From positions 1-42,559 of the forward strand of contig JANOTZ010000108.1 of NCBI GenBank assembly GCA_031416735.1: a DNA stretch of 42,559 nt, read 5' to 3'. Position numbers and translations under genes: made by a program. The notes beneath the pieces are model-generated. The model searched no databases. It saw only the letters and a program-made list of their open reading frames with translations, and was not told the origin of the DNA. Below, piece after piece: positions 9,691 to 18,847 of this stretch; position 1 is the first letter of the stretch; each line of letters begins with the position of its first letter. The DNA comes from Frankiales bacterium (GTDB taxonomy: Bacteria > Actinomycetota > Actinomycetes > Mycobacteriales > SCTD01).

Positions 9691-10881
9691 GTGCCAGACG
9701 ACCAGCCCGAGCAGCCCATCCCGCCGAAGACCGTTCGGCCGCGTCCGGCCCCGGCCGCCGTGCCCCGCGGTGTGCGCCCTGACCCGGGTACGACGAAAGC
9801 GGACGCCTCGACCGACGTGTCCGAACCGGAGGTCTCCGCACCCGAGGCATCCGCGCCGGACCTGCCCGCCCCTGACGTTGAGGCCAGCGAGGCGCCGGCC
9901 CCTGTCGCTGACGTTGCGGCTGACGAAGTCGGCGCGCCTGCCTTTGCTGCCGACGAGACCTCGTCGCCTGCCGGGCCGCCGGGATCGGTGTCGGCCTCGA
10001 TCGCCGAGAGGCTCAACGAGCTCGAAGGGCGGATCTCCGCGGAGCCGCTCCCCGCAGCTGCGGCGGCTCCCGTAGCTCCGGTGGCCAAGCAGGCCCCCGC
10101 GAAGAAGGCTCCTGCCAAGAAGGCTCCGGCGGTCAAGGCCCCTGCCAAGAAGGTCCCGTCGGCCAAGGCCCCCAGCTCACCGGCCGCAGCGGAGAAGCCC
10201 TCGACCGCAACCGCTCCCGCCAAGGAGGCCCCGGCCCCGGAATCGCCGAAGGTGGAGGAGCCTCGTCAGCAGAACGTCACGTCGGCTCGTCCACCGGCTG
10301 GTGCCGGTCTACAGGTGATGGCGACTTTCGTCGTACTGCTGCTGGCCGTTGCTGCGGGTCTGGGTGGGGCCGCCGTGGTGAAGTCCCGCCCGGCGACCTG
10401 GCAGGCGCGTGCCGTGGTGACCCTGCAGCCGATCGAGCCGGCGCGGCCGGATGCAGCCGGGGCGATCGCGGCGGGCCTTGACCGTTATCGGGAGAAGGTC
10501 GCCAACACCTCCTTCACCGCCCAGTCCGCCCTGCGCGCAAACCTGGCCGACAGCGAGGTACGCGAGATGATCAGCTCCGAGCCGACGGGGAACGGCGCGT
10601 TGGCGCTGTTGGTCAGCGCCTCCACCGCCAAGGGAGCCCTCGCCCTCGCGAACTCCGCAGGCATCACCCTTGTCGTCACGGTCGCCAGCGACCAGGAGCT
10701 GTCGATTGCCTCCCAGGCCGATCGGCTCAGTGCCACGGTCGGCAAGCCCAGCCACGAGGCGACCCGCGTCACCCCGACCGACACGGCGATTGTCCTGGCG
10801 GGGCTGCTCGCCGGTGCCGCGGTGCTGGTGATCGCGGGCGTGGCCACCCTGCTCGGGCGGTCCAGAAAGTCTGCGATGTGA
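9691..10881 (+). CDS. Membrane protein: Pro/Ala/Lys-rich N-terminus plus Wzz/CapA-like two-TM module
   Basis: PAKKA repeats, TM1 followed by PATWQARAVV, A..LAN segment and a Pro-containing linker before TM2 with a GLLAG motif. Confidence 0.55.
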   Translation: MPDDQPEQPIPPKTVRPRPAPAAVPRGVRPDPGTTKADASTDVSEPEVSAPEASAPDLPAPDVEASEAPAPVADVAADEVGAPAFAADETSSPAGPPGSVSASIAERLNELEGRISAEPLPAAAAAPVAPVAKQAPAKKAPAKKAPAVKAPAKKVPSAKAPSSPAAAEKPSTATAPAKEAPAPESPKVEEPRQQNVTSARPPAGAGLQVMATFVVLLLAVAAGLGGAAVVKSRPATWQARAVVTLQPIEPARPDAAGAIAAGLDRYREKVANTSFTAQSALRANLADSEVREMISSEPTGNGALALLVSASTAKGALALANSAGITLVVTVASDQELSIASQADRLSATVGKPSHEATRVTPTDTAIVLAGLLAGAAVLVIAGVATLLGRSRKSAM

Positions 10882-11130
10882 CCCGCGAGGTTTGCGCCGC
10901 TCCCGCGTTGTAACCAGGGACGGGGCCAAGGAGCTGGGTCTGCGGCCCCGTCCAGGCCAAGGCCGAGGCCCGCGTCCCCCGTTGAGTGGGTGGACGCGGG
11001 CCTTCGCCATGAGTGCCAGCCGGTCATCGGGCCACCCGACGAGCCCAGGGAGCCACAGTCACCTCACTCCACTCCGGTGATCTTCGTGAGTGGTCGAGGT
11101 TCTGGGAAACCCCTGACTGTGGAGCTCCCG

Positions 11131-11928
11131 GTGCGCCGACTTTCCCTGCTGTGCTTGATCTTTGTGCTGGCGCTCCTGCCATCCAGCGCCTCGGCCTCGA
11201 CCCTGCCGCCGAGCGGGTCGACCGCGTACGGCGCGGACATCTCCTGGCCGAACTGCCCCAAGGGGATGGGGATCCCCGAGCGCCGGACCGAGGGCCAGCC
11301 GATGCCGACGGCCAAGGCCCAGTTCGTCATCACCGGCCTGACCAACGGGCCGGGCTTCACGCCCAACCCGTGCCTCGCCTCGCAGGTCGCCTGGGTGAAG
11401 GAGCGACACCTGTGGGCCGGTGCGTACGCGATCACCACCTACCCGACGTTGGACCAGCTCAAGAGGTACGGCGGTCGCGGGAGCGGTCCGCAACGGCTGT
11501 TCCGGACCGGGGCCGCGCAGGCCAATGTCAACGTGCGCAACATGCGCAGCGCCGGCCTGCGACCGCCGATGGTCTGGGTCGACATCGAGCCGGTGAAGAG
11601 CGCCCCCTGGTCGGGCAACCAGCCGTTCAACAACGCGGTGATCGACGGTGTGCTCGCGGCCTACCGCGGGGCCGGGCTGAAGGTCGGTTTCTACTCCTAC
11701 GCCTACGGCTGGCGGCAGATCACCGGCGGCCGGCGCATGACGTCGGTCCCGACCTGGGTGCCGTCCGGAAACGACCAGCGCTCCTCGGCCCTGGCCCGGT
11801 GCACGCAGCCCAGCTTCAGCGGCGGCCGGGTGCTGCTCGGCCAGTGGACCGAGGCCAACCGCGACCACAACGTCACCTGCGCCGGGGTCGCCGGCCCGAT
11901 GTTCCGGTCGCTGTTCGCGTCTACCTGA
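11131..11928 (+). CDS. Secreted putative glycoside hydrolase (GH25-like) protein
   Basis: Signal peptide ending ASA; motifs [23 protein letters not shown] and D.NVTC; GGAG before GTG 11131. Confidence 0.6.
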   Translation: MRRLSLLCLIFVLALLPSSASASTLPPSGSTAYGADISWPNCPKGMGIPERRTEGQPMPTAKAQFVITGLTNGPGFTPNPCLASQVAWVKERHLWAGAYAITTYPTLDQLKRYGGRGSGPQRLFRTGAAQANVNVRNMRSAGLRPPMVWVDIEPVKSAPWSGNQPFNNAVIDGVLAAYRGAGLKVGFYSYAYGWRQITGGRRMTSVPTWVPSGNDQRSSALARCTQPSFSGGRVLLGQWTEANRDHNVTCAGVAGPMFRSLFAST

Positions 11929-12781
11929 GCAGCTTCAGGAGGTACTGGCCGTAGCCGCTCTTCTCGAGCGGCGCGGCCAGCGCCCGCAGTCCGTCGTCGT
12001 CGATGAACCCCTGCTCCCAGGCGATCTCCTCGATGCACCCGATCTTCAGGCCCTGCCGCTCCTCGATGACCTGCATGAACTGCGAGGCCTGCATCATCGT
12101 CACGAAGGTGCCGGTGTCGAGCCAGGCGGTGCCGCGGCCCATCGTCTCGACCTGCAGCTTCCCTGCGGCCAGGTAGCGCTGGTTGACCGTGGTGATCTCC
12201 AGTTCGCCGCGGTGCGACGGCTCGATCTCGGCGGCGATCCGGACCACGTCGTTGTCGTAGAAGTACAGCCCGACGACCGCGAAGTCGCTCTTGGGGTGCT
12301 CGGGCTTCTCCTCGATCGACAGGGCCTTGCCGTGGGCGTCGAACTCCACGACGCCGTACCGCTCGGGATCGCTTACGTGGTAGGCGAACACCGCACCGCC
12401 GTCGACGTCGGTGTACTTGCCGAGCTGGTCGCCGAAGTCTTGCCCGTAGAAGATGTTGTCGCCGAGCACCAGGGCGACCTTGTCGTCCCCGATGAAGTCC
12501 TTGCCGATCCGGAAGGCCTCAGCCAGCCCGTTCGGCTCAGCCTGTACGGCGAACTGGAAGTCACAGCCGAGCGCGGACCCGTCCCCGAGCAACCGTTGGA
12601 AGCTCGACTGGTCCTCGGCAGTCGTGATGATGAGGATCTCGCGGATGCCGGCGAGCATCAGCGTGGACAGCGGGTAGTAGACCATCGGCTTGTCGTAGAC
12701 CGGCATCAGCTGCTTGGAGACGCCCTTGGTGATCGGGTAGAGCCGGGTGCCGGAGCCGCCGGCAAGAACGATGCCCTTCAC
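11921..12781 (-). CDS. rfbA: Glucose-1-phosphate thymidylyltransferase
   Basis: [33 protein letters not shown] and WLDTGT. Confidence 0.97.
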   Translation of the reverse strand: MKGIVLAGGSGTRLYPITKGVSKQLMPVYDKPMVYYPLSTLMLAGIREILIITTAEDQSSFQRLLGDGSALGCDFQFAVQAEPNGLAEAFRIGKDFIGDDKVALVLGDNIFYGQDFGDQLGKYTDVDGGAVFAYHVSDPERYGVVEFDAHGKALSIEEKPEHPKSDFAVVGLYFYDNDVVRIAAEIEPSHRGELEITTVNQRYLAAGKLQVETMGRGTAWLDTGTFVTMMQASQFMQVIEERQGLKIGCIEEIAWEQGFIDDDGLRALAAPLEKSGYGQYLLKLLR

Positions 12782-13359
12782 TGCTGGGTCTTCGCCCGGT
12801 TGAAGCGCAGGTAGGAGCGCGAGGGGGTGGGGCCGCGCTGGTCCTGGTAGCGCGAGCCGTACAACGAAGAGCCGTAGGGATGCTCGCTCGGCGAGCTGAG
12901 CTCGAGCACGCAGATCTGGCCGATCTTCATGCCGGGGTAGAGCTTGATCGGCAGGTTGGCGACGTTGGACAGCTCCAGGGTCACGTGACCGCTGAAGCCG
13001 GGGTCGATGAAGCCCGCGGTGGAGTGGGTGAGCAGCCCGAGGCGGCCCAGGCTCGACTTGCCCTCGAGGCGGCTCGCGAGGTCGTTGCCGAGGGTGATCA
13101 CCTCGAGGGTCGACCCGAGGACGAACTCGCCCGGGTGCAGGATGAACGGCTCGTCGGCGTCCGGCTCGACCATCTCGGTGAGGTCGTCCTGCTGCGCGGA
13201 CGGGTCGATGTGGGTGTAGCGGTGGTTGGCGAACACCCGGAAGTAGCGGTCGAGGCGCACGTCGATGCTGCTGGGCTGCACCATCGCCTCGTCATAGGGG
13301 TCGAGGCCCATGCGGCCTTCGGCGATGGCGGCCTTGAGGTCCCGGTCGGAGAGCAGCAC
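12778..13359 (-). CDS. dcd: dCTP deaminase
   Basis: [27 protein letters not shown] and AGFIDPGF. Confidence 0.97.
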   Translation of the reverse strand: MLLSDRDLKAAIAEGRMGLDPYDEAMVQPSSIDVRLDRYFRVFANHRYTHIDPSAQQDDLTEMVEPDADEPFILHPGEFVLGSTLEVITLGNDLASRLEGKSSLGRLGLLTHSTAGFIDPGFSGHVTLELSNVANLPIKLYPGMKIGQICVLELSSPSEHPYGSSLYGSRYQDQRGPTPSRSYLRFNRAKTQQ

Positions 13360-13365
13360 GTGCGG

Positions 13366-13371
13366 AGCCTA
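13366..13371 (-). promoter_or_regulatory. -10 hexamer TAGGCT, leaderless promoter of dcd
   Basis: TANNNT 6 nt upstream of the GTG; no Shine-Dalgarno. Confidence 0.6.
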
Positions 13372-13398
13372 GTAGGCGTCGGGCCGCAGGCAGCTCAG

Positions 13399-15903
13399 TC
13401 AGGCGCCCAAGCTGGGAACGCTGCGCATTCTGGGGACGCTCACCGCGGAACCGCCGGCGGACCAGCGTTGCAGCCAGGGCGCGATCTCGGCCGCCGGGAC
13501 GGGCCGGCTGAGCCAGTAGCCCTGCGCAGCGTCAGCGCCCAGCTGGCGGAGCCGGACCCAGGTGCGCTCGTCCTCGACACCTTCGGCCACGACGGTCATC
13601 CCGAGCCGGTGGGCCAGTTGCACGACCGCCGCCACGATGGCCTCGTCGTCGGCGTCGTCGACCATGCGGGTGACGAAGGAACGGTCGATCTTCACCTCCT
13701 GCACGGGAAGGCGCTTGAGGTAGGTCAACGAGGAGTACCCCACGCCGAGGTCGTCGATCGAGAGCCGGACGCCGGCCCGCCGCAGCTGCCAGAGCACCTC
13801 GACCGCCCGCTCGGGATCGGACATGAGGGCGCCCTCGGTGACCTCCAGGATCAGCCACGCGGCGGGGACGCCTGCCTGGTCCAGCAGGACCCCCAGGCGG
13901 GTGACGAAGGCCGGGTCGTGCAGTGTCCGCGGGGAGAGGTTGACGGCGACGCTGAGCTCGAGGCCTGCGTCGAGCCAGCGTCGGCACTGGGCCAGGGCGG
14001 TGACCAGGACCCACTCGGTGAGCGGGCCGATCAGCCCGGTCTGCTCGGCCACGCCGATGAACTCGTCGGGCGGCACCATGCCCCGGACGGGGGACTGCCA
14101 GCGCACCAGGGCCTCGACGCTGTGGACCGCGCCGTCCGCGGTGTGCGCCTTGGGCTGGTAGGCGAGCACGAGCTCGCCGTTGGCGATGCCGGCCCGCAGG
14201 TCTGCGGCGAGCGAGAGACGCTGCGCCGAGTTGTGGTCGCGGTCGGGTGAGTAGACGGCGATTCCGCCGTGCAGCCCCTTCGCTTCGTACATCGCCACAT
14301 CAGCCTGGCGGAGCAGGTCGGCCACGTCGCCGCCGTACCCGCTTGCCAGAGCCACCCCGATGCTGGCGTCGACCGCCAGGGTCACGCCGAGGACGGCGAC
14401 GGGTGTGGAGAGGGCGGTGGCGATCCGCCGGGCGCAGTCCTGAGCGGCCTCGGGGCCGGCGCCGGCGAGGACCACCGCGAACTCGTCCCCGCCCAGACGT
14501 GCGACGCAGGCGGCATCCACCAGCAGGTGACGCAGGCGCTCCCCGACGACGCGCAGCACGGCGTCGCCGGCGGCATGCCCGAGGGTGTCGTTCACCTCCT
14601 TGAACCGGTCCAGGTCCAGCAGCAGGACTGCCGCCTGCGGGTGGTCGGCCAGGACGGCCGTCGAGACCCGGTCGAACAGCAGGCGGTTGGGGAGTCCGGT
14701 GAGAGCGTCGTGCAGGGCCTGGTGCTCGTTGGCCGCTGCCTGCGCCCGTAGCTGGTCGGCGAGGCGCGCGTTGTGCAGGCCGACGGCGGCATGTCCTGCC
14801 GCGGCTTCGAGCAGGCGCAGGTCGGCAAGCTGTAGCCCACCCACCTCGCCCAGGCGCCCGGAGACGGTGAGTGCCCCGACCGGTTCGGTGTCGCCGTGCA
14901 GCAGGACCGTGAGGGCCTGGACCTGCTGACCGCGTGCGCGCCGACTGCCCGAGGACGGCGTCGGCAGGGTCTCCGGAGGGGCGTAGGGCGAGATGCCGGT
15001 GCTGTCGCACGTCCAGGACGCGGCGGGGGTGGTCAGGTGGAGCACGACGGTCTCGACTTCGAGCAGCTCGCGGACGCCGGTCAGCACCTCGTGCGCCACC
15101 GCCTCGAGGTGAAGGTCGGTGCTGCCGACCCGACGGGTGAAGGTGTGCAGCCCCTCCATGGCGTCGTGCCGGCGCAGCAGGGTGACGTGGGCACGCTGAG
15201 CGAGGAACAGGAACGCCGCGAGGACAACCACCGCCCACAGCCCGCGCCAATCCATGCGAATGACGTCAAGGGCGATCAGGGCGAAGCAGGCGTTGGCGGC
15301 GGAGGCCGCGGTGCCGGTGCCGAGCGCGAGGGTGAGCGCCAGGCGCGGAGCGTCGGACCGGGTGCTGCGTAGGGTGATGACGGCCGTGATGGCCAGGGCC
15401 GCCACCATCTCGATCACGATGGCTGAGGCGGCAGCGGCGAGCCAGCTCCGCATCGAGAACAGCTCGGCTCCACCGAGGGCCACCCGCCAGACCGCCATCG
15501 CAGCGACCGCCCCGAGCCAGAACTGCGCGAGGTTGAAGGCCAGCTTCACGGCGCTCTGGCGCCGGTGCCAGATGAGGACCGCTGCGCCCCCGGCGATCCG
15601 AGCCGAGATCAGGTCTTCAGGGGCGACCAGGAAAAGGCCAAGGACCCAGGGCACCTCCGCGAACGCGAAGGAGATCGCCTCTTGCTTCACCGTCAGGTGG
15701 ACGACGCACAGCTCGGCCACGACGAAGCCGGCTGCCAGCAGCAGCCAGAAGCGGGGCTGGCCTGAGGGGAGGATCCCCACGTCGGTCAGCACCACCGTCT
15801 GGAGGAACGTGGCCGCGCCGGCGAGCAGCGCGATGAGAGCCCAGACGCGGAGCTGGGTCGACGCCGGCTCCGGGGCTCGGTCCTCGACGGAACCGTCAGT
15901 CAT
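13399..15903 (-). CDS. Multi-TM sensor diguanylate cyclase/phosphodiesterase (TM-GAF-GGDEF-EAL)
   Basis: About 7 TM helices, a GAF-like segment ending HNARL, RLGGDEF, VEALVRW and DDLGVGYSSL. ATG 15903 overlaps the upstream peptidase stop. Confidence 0.9.
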   Translation of the reverse strand: MTDGSVEDRAPEPASTQLRVWALIALLAGAATFLQTVVLTDVGILPSGQPRFWLLLAAGFVVAELCVVHLTVKQEAISFAFAEVPWVLGLFLVAPEDLISARIAGGAAVLIWHRRQSAVKLAFNLAQFWLGAVAAMAVWRVALGGAELFSMRSWLAAAASAIVIEMVAALAITAVITLRSTRSDAPRLALTLALGTGTAASAANACFALIALDVIRMDWRGLWAVVVLAAFLFLAQRAHVTLLRRHDAMEGLHTFTRRVGSTDLHLEAVAHEVLTGVRELLEVETVVLHLTTPAASWTCDSTGISPYAPPETLPTPSSGSRRARGQQVQALTVLLHGDTEPVGALTVSGRLGEVGGLQLADLRLLEAAAGHAAVGLHNARLADQLRAQAAANEHQALHDALTGLPNRLLFDRVSTAVLADHPQAAVLLLDLDRFKEVNDTLGHAAGDAVLRVVGERLRHLLVDAACVARLGGDEFAVVLAGAGPEAAQDCARRIATALSTPVAVLGVTLAVDASIGVALASGYGGDVADLLRQADVAMYEAKGLHGGIAVYSPDRDHNSAQRLSLAADLRAGIANGELVLAYQPKAHTADGAVHSVEALVRWQSPVRGMVPPDEFIGVAEQTGLIGPLTEWVLVTALAQCRRWLDAGLELSVAVNLSPRTLHDPAFVTRLGVLLDQAGVPAAWLILEVTEGALMSDPERAVEVLWQLRRAGVRLSIDDLGVGYSSLTYLKRLPVQEVKIDRSFVTRMVDDADDEAIVAAVVQLAHRLGMTVVAEGVEDERTWVRLRQLGADAAQGYWLSRPVPAAEIAPWLQRWSAGGSAVSVPRMRSVPSLGA

Positions 15904-17491
15904 CGAACCCGCCGGAGGACCACGTCGAGCCGCTCCAGGACCGGCTCGACCAGGTCCTGGACGTCCAGGCGGCGCCGCTCCAGGACCGGCTCGACCAGCT
16001 GCGGCTGTCCCAGGACATGCTCGACCAGGTGCGACTTGACCAGCTCCGGCTCGACCAGCTGCGGCTCGACCAGGTCCGTGACGTCCACGAGGTGCCGCAC
16101 CAGCAGCTGCCGGTCCAGTCGGAGGAGTTCCAGGTGCCGCCGGTCCAGGCGTTGCCGGCGCTGCTGGCAGGAGCCCAGACTGCCGGGACCCAGGCCTTGC
16201 CGAAGATGTCCTTCTCGCCGGTGAGGTCGTCACCCTTGTGGCCGCCGTGGTCGGTGCCGCGGGCACCCTCGTGGGTGCCGAGGCCGGTGGAGCGCGTCCC
16301 GGTCTGCGCGATCCCCGGGCGCGGTGCTAGGGAGGCGGAGTTGACGTTGATGAGCCCCGAGCCCCGGCCGGCGGCGTCGGCCAGGAGCATCGGCTGCGCC
16401 GTCGTCATCAGCATCCGCTTGACGTCGTCCGGGGTGAGCTCAGGTCGCGCCTGCAGGAGCAAGGCCACCGCACCGGACACCACCGCGGAGGCCTGCGAGG
16501 TGCCGCTGCCCTTGAACAGCCGGTCGTCGACGACGGCACCGGGGTAGCCGCTGTCGATGTAGGAGCCTGGGTTGCGCAGCGAGGCGACCGACTGGCCGGG
16601 GGCGAGCACGTCCACGCGGCGGCTGCTCGACCCGCGGGTCGAGAAGTCCGGCACGGTGTCGTCGAGCGACGAGCCCGGCGTGCCATGGGTGTCGTCTGCG
16701 CCGACGGCGAGCACGAAGGGGTCCCGGGCCGGGTTGTCGACGGAGGGCCGCGAGCTGCCGCCGTTGCCGCCCGAGACGACCACGGTGATCCCGGCCCGCC
16801 AGGCGTTCTCGACGGCGTGCGTCAGCGGGTCGAGGGCGGCGCTCTGGGTGCCGTTGGTGCCGAAGGCCAGGTTGAGAACCCGGATGTTGAGGCCCGGGTC
16901 GTTGCGGTGCTGGACGATCCAGTCGACGGCGGCGATCACCTGGGACACGTCGGCCGCGCCGTCGTGGGCGCCGACGCGCACGCTGAGCAGCGTGGAGCCG
17001 GGAGCGACTCCCCGGAAGCCGGTCGGGGTGCCGTCGTTGCCGGCGATGATGCCGGCCATGTGCGTGCCGTGGCCGAACCCGTCGAGGTTCGGGGACGGGC
17101 TCTGGCTGTCGAAGGACAGGTCCGGTCCGTTCACGACGTTGCCGGAGGTGAGCCCCAGCACCGGCACGACGCCGGTGTCGATAAGGGCGACGCCCACTCC
17201 GGCGCCGGTGATACCGCGGCCCCACAGGTCGTCCGCCCCGATGGCATCCACCACTTCAGGCATCCGGGTCACCCCAGGCGCGTAGCCCCACTCGTCGCCC
17301 CGGAGCAGCCCGGCCGTGGTGTCGAGCGCGGTCGTGACGACCCCGACGGTCGTGCTCAAGAGCGAGGTGGTCGTGCTCAGGAGCGAGGCCTGCGCCGGGG
17401 CGGCAGTTGCTGCGAGGACGGCCACCGCGGCCGCCACCGTCGTGCCGACCCTCCGCTTGTTCCTCGGTGACGTCGCGCGGCGCTCCGACAT
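15896..17491 (-). CDS. Secreted S8 (subtilisin-like) serine peptidase with C-terminal Trp pentapeptide repeat
   Basis: Signal peptide ending AQA; triad motifs IDTG, HGTHMAG and GTSQA; GGAGA before ATG 17491. Confidence 0.92.
   Translation of the reverse strand: MSERRATSPRNKRRVGTTVAAAVAVLAATAAPAQASLLSTTTSLLSTTVGVVTTALDTTAGLLRGDEWGYAPGVTRMPEVVDAIGADDLWGRGITGAGVGVALIDTGVVPVLGLTSGNVVNGPDLSFDSQSPSPNLDGFGHGTHMAGIIAGNDGTPTGFRGVAPGSTLLSVRVGAHDGAADVSQVIAAVDWIVQHRNDPGLNIRVLNLAFGTNGTQSAALDPLTHAVENAWRAGITVVVSGGNGGSSRPSVDNPARDPFVLAVGADDTHGTPGSSLDDTVPDFSTRGSSSRRVDVLAPGQSVASLRNPGSYIDSGYPGAVVDDRLFKGSGTSQASAVVSGAVALLLQARPELTPDDVKRMLMTTAQPMLLADAAGRGSGLINVNSASLAPRPGIAQTGTRSTGLGTHEGARGTDHGGHKGDDLTGEKDIFGKAWVPAVWAPASSAGNAWTGGTWNSSDWTGSCWCGTSWTSRTWSSRSWSSRSWSSRTWSSMSWDSRSWSSRSWSGAAWTSRTWSSRSWSGSTWSSGGFDD
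15908..16147 (-). repeat. Coding 15-nt repeat: 16 W-x-x-x-x units (consensus WSSRS)
   Basis: WTGGT WNSSD WTGSC WCGTS WTSRT WSSRS WSSRS WSSRT WSSMS WDSRS WSSRS WSGAA WTSRT WSSRS WSGST WSSGG. Confidence 0.95.
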
Positions 17492-17696
17492 GGTGTCTCC
17501 CACTTTCAGCAAAAGATCTGGGTATACGGGCTTCTAGGCGTGATGGTCGTCGAGAACAAGCCGTACATAAAGCCCAAGAGCCGAAGATGATCTCAATTGA
17601 CTACGACTGTGGGGCAACTGCCTCAGGCCGCGCGGGAAACGCGTTGGCCCGGATGGTCCCGAGCAGGGATGTGGTGGGGTATGCACCCCAACATCG

Positions 17697-18680
17697 TCAG
17701 TCGGCGTAGCGGGTGGTGAAGCTCCGGCCACCGTCGGTGCTCGCCAGGATGCCGCGGTCCGCGGCCGCGACGTACACGGTCTCGATACCGTCCCGCAGGT
17801 CGACCGCCATGGCCTCCGGTGCCCCGCCGACCCGACCCCGTGCGGTCCAGGTGACTCCCCCGTCCCGAGAGTGCAGCACCGAGCCGTCCGGGGCGACGCC
17901 ATACAAGCTGCCCGGCTGCCAGGCCAGCACCACCAGGGCCGGCGCCTTGGCGAGGGACCCCCAGGTGCGGCCGCCGTCGGTGCTGCGCACGACCCCGCGT
18001 TCGGTCGTGGCAAGGACGGTGTCGGCGGACGCCGGGTCGACGACGAAGTCGCGCATCGACAGCTGGGAGCGGGTCTCCCACGCCTTGCGGTCCCGCGACA
18101 CCATGAACCCACCGGACGTGGCGTCGTAACCGAAGACCGCCCCGTGCGCGGCGTGCAGGCTGTGGAAGTCAGCCTTGCCGCGCAGGCTCAGCGGTGACCA
18201 GGTGCGCCCCGCGTCGGTGCTCTCGATCAGACCCAGCCGAGGGGGGCTGTCCTCGCGGACGTCGGGATGACCGGACCCGAGGAAGGTCCCGGCTCCGGTG
18301 ACCGTGAAGCCCATCGTGTCCTGGTAGCGGTGCGCGACCCTGCTCGCCTTGCCCCGCTCGGGGAGGGCGAACAGTCCGGAGTGGGTTGCGGCGTAGAGCG
18401 TGCCGTCTCCCGGATCGACGCCGAGGCCGTGCACGTGGACGACCCCCGGCTCCGGGAACTCGCCGGCCGTCAACGCCCCGTGGGAGCCGGTCGGCGCGGG
18501 TGGGGTGGGCGCCGAGCCCGAGCCCGAGACTGAGCCCGAGACTGCAGCCAGCACGACCAGGCCGATCAGCAGCCCGATGAAGATCAGGGAACCGACGAGC
18601 GGCAGCCAGGACGTGGGCTTCGGCCCGGTGGGTGCGGTGGCCCGGTCGCGGGCCCGTCTGCTCGGTGACATCTCTGCCAC
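17697..18680 (-). CDS. Membrane-anchored BNR/Asp-box beta-propeller protein (F510_1955-like)
   Basis: N-terminal TM, HVHGLGVDP, ATHSGLF, DTMGF, SGHP and repeated STDGGRTW Asp boxes. Confidence 0.82.
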   Translation of the reverse strand: MAEMSPSRRARDRATAPTGPKPTSWLPLVGSLIFIGLLIGLVVLAAVSGSVSGSGSAPTPPAPTGSHGALTAGEFPEPGVVHVHGLGVDPGDGTLYAATHSGLFALPERGKASRVAHRYQDTMGFTVTGAGTFLGSGHPDVREDSPPRLGLIESTDAGRTWSPLSLRGKADFHSLHAAHGAVFGYDATSGGFMVSRDRKAWETRSQLSMRDFVVDPASADTVLATTERGVVRSTDGGRTWGSLAKAPALVVLAWQPGSLYGVAPDGSVLHSRDGGVTWTARGRVGGAPEAMAVDLRDGIETVYVAAADRGILASTDGGRSFTTRYAD

Positions 18681-18723
18681 AGACTAACCCGTCATGTGCT
18701 CACTGCCGGGTGCGAGCGTGATG

Positions 18724-18797
18724 TGGAGCGGGCGACGGGAATCGAACCCGCACTGTCAGCTTGGGAAGCTGAAGTTCTACCATTGAACCACGCCCGC
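18724..18797 (-). tRNA. tRNA-Gly (CCC)
   Basis: Reverse complement GCGGGCGTGGTTCAATGGTAGAACTTCAGCTTCCCAAGCTGACAGTGCGGGTTCGATTCCCGTCGCCCGCTCCA: cloverleaf, CCC anticodon, encoded CCA. Confidence 0.97.
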
Positions 18798-18847
18798 GAG
18801 ACGTGCTTCGGCAGTCTAGAGCACGTACGGCGAACGCCCCGAAACCC

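Noticed and set aside
15908-16147. Trp repeat as a RiPP precursor for radical-SAM or P450 crosslinking
   Set aside because: No modifying enzyme or RiPP transporter is encoded in the window.
15904-16266. N-terminal extension of the DGC/PDE ORF (PGRAGPG repeats) and a possible frameshift fusion with the protease
   Set aside because: It is an alternative-frame reading of the Trp repeat DNA. No slippery site is seen, and ATG 15903 gives normal coupling.
17492-17696. c-di-GMP or c-di-AMP riboswitch upstream of the subtilase (also checked 42152-42344)
   Set aside because: No recognisable consensus by eye; an Rfam/Infernal scan would settle it.
18724-18797. Active prophage or ICE at tRNA-Gly
   Set aside because: No integrase, att duplication, or phage or conjugation genes in the window.
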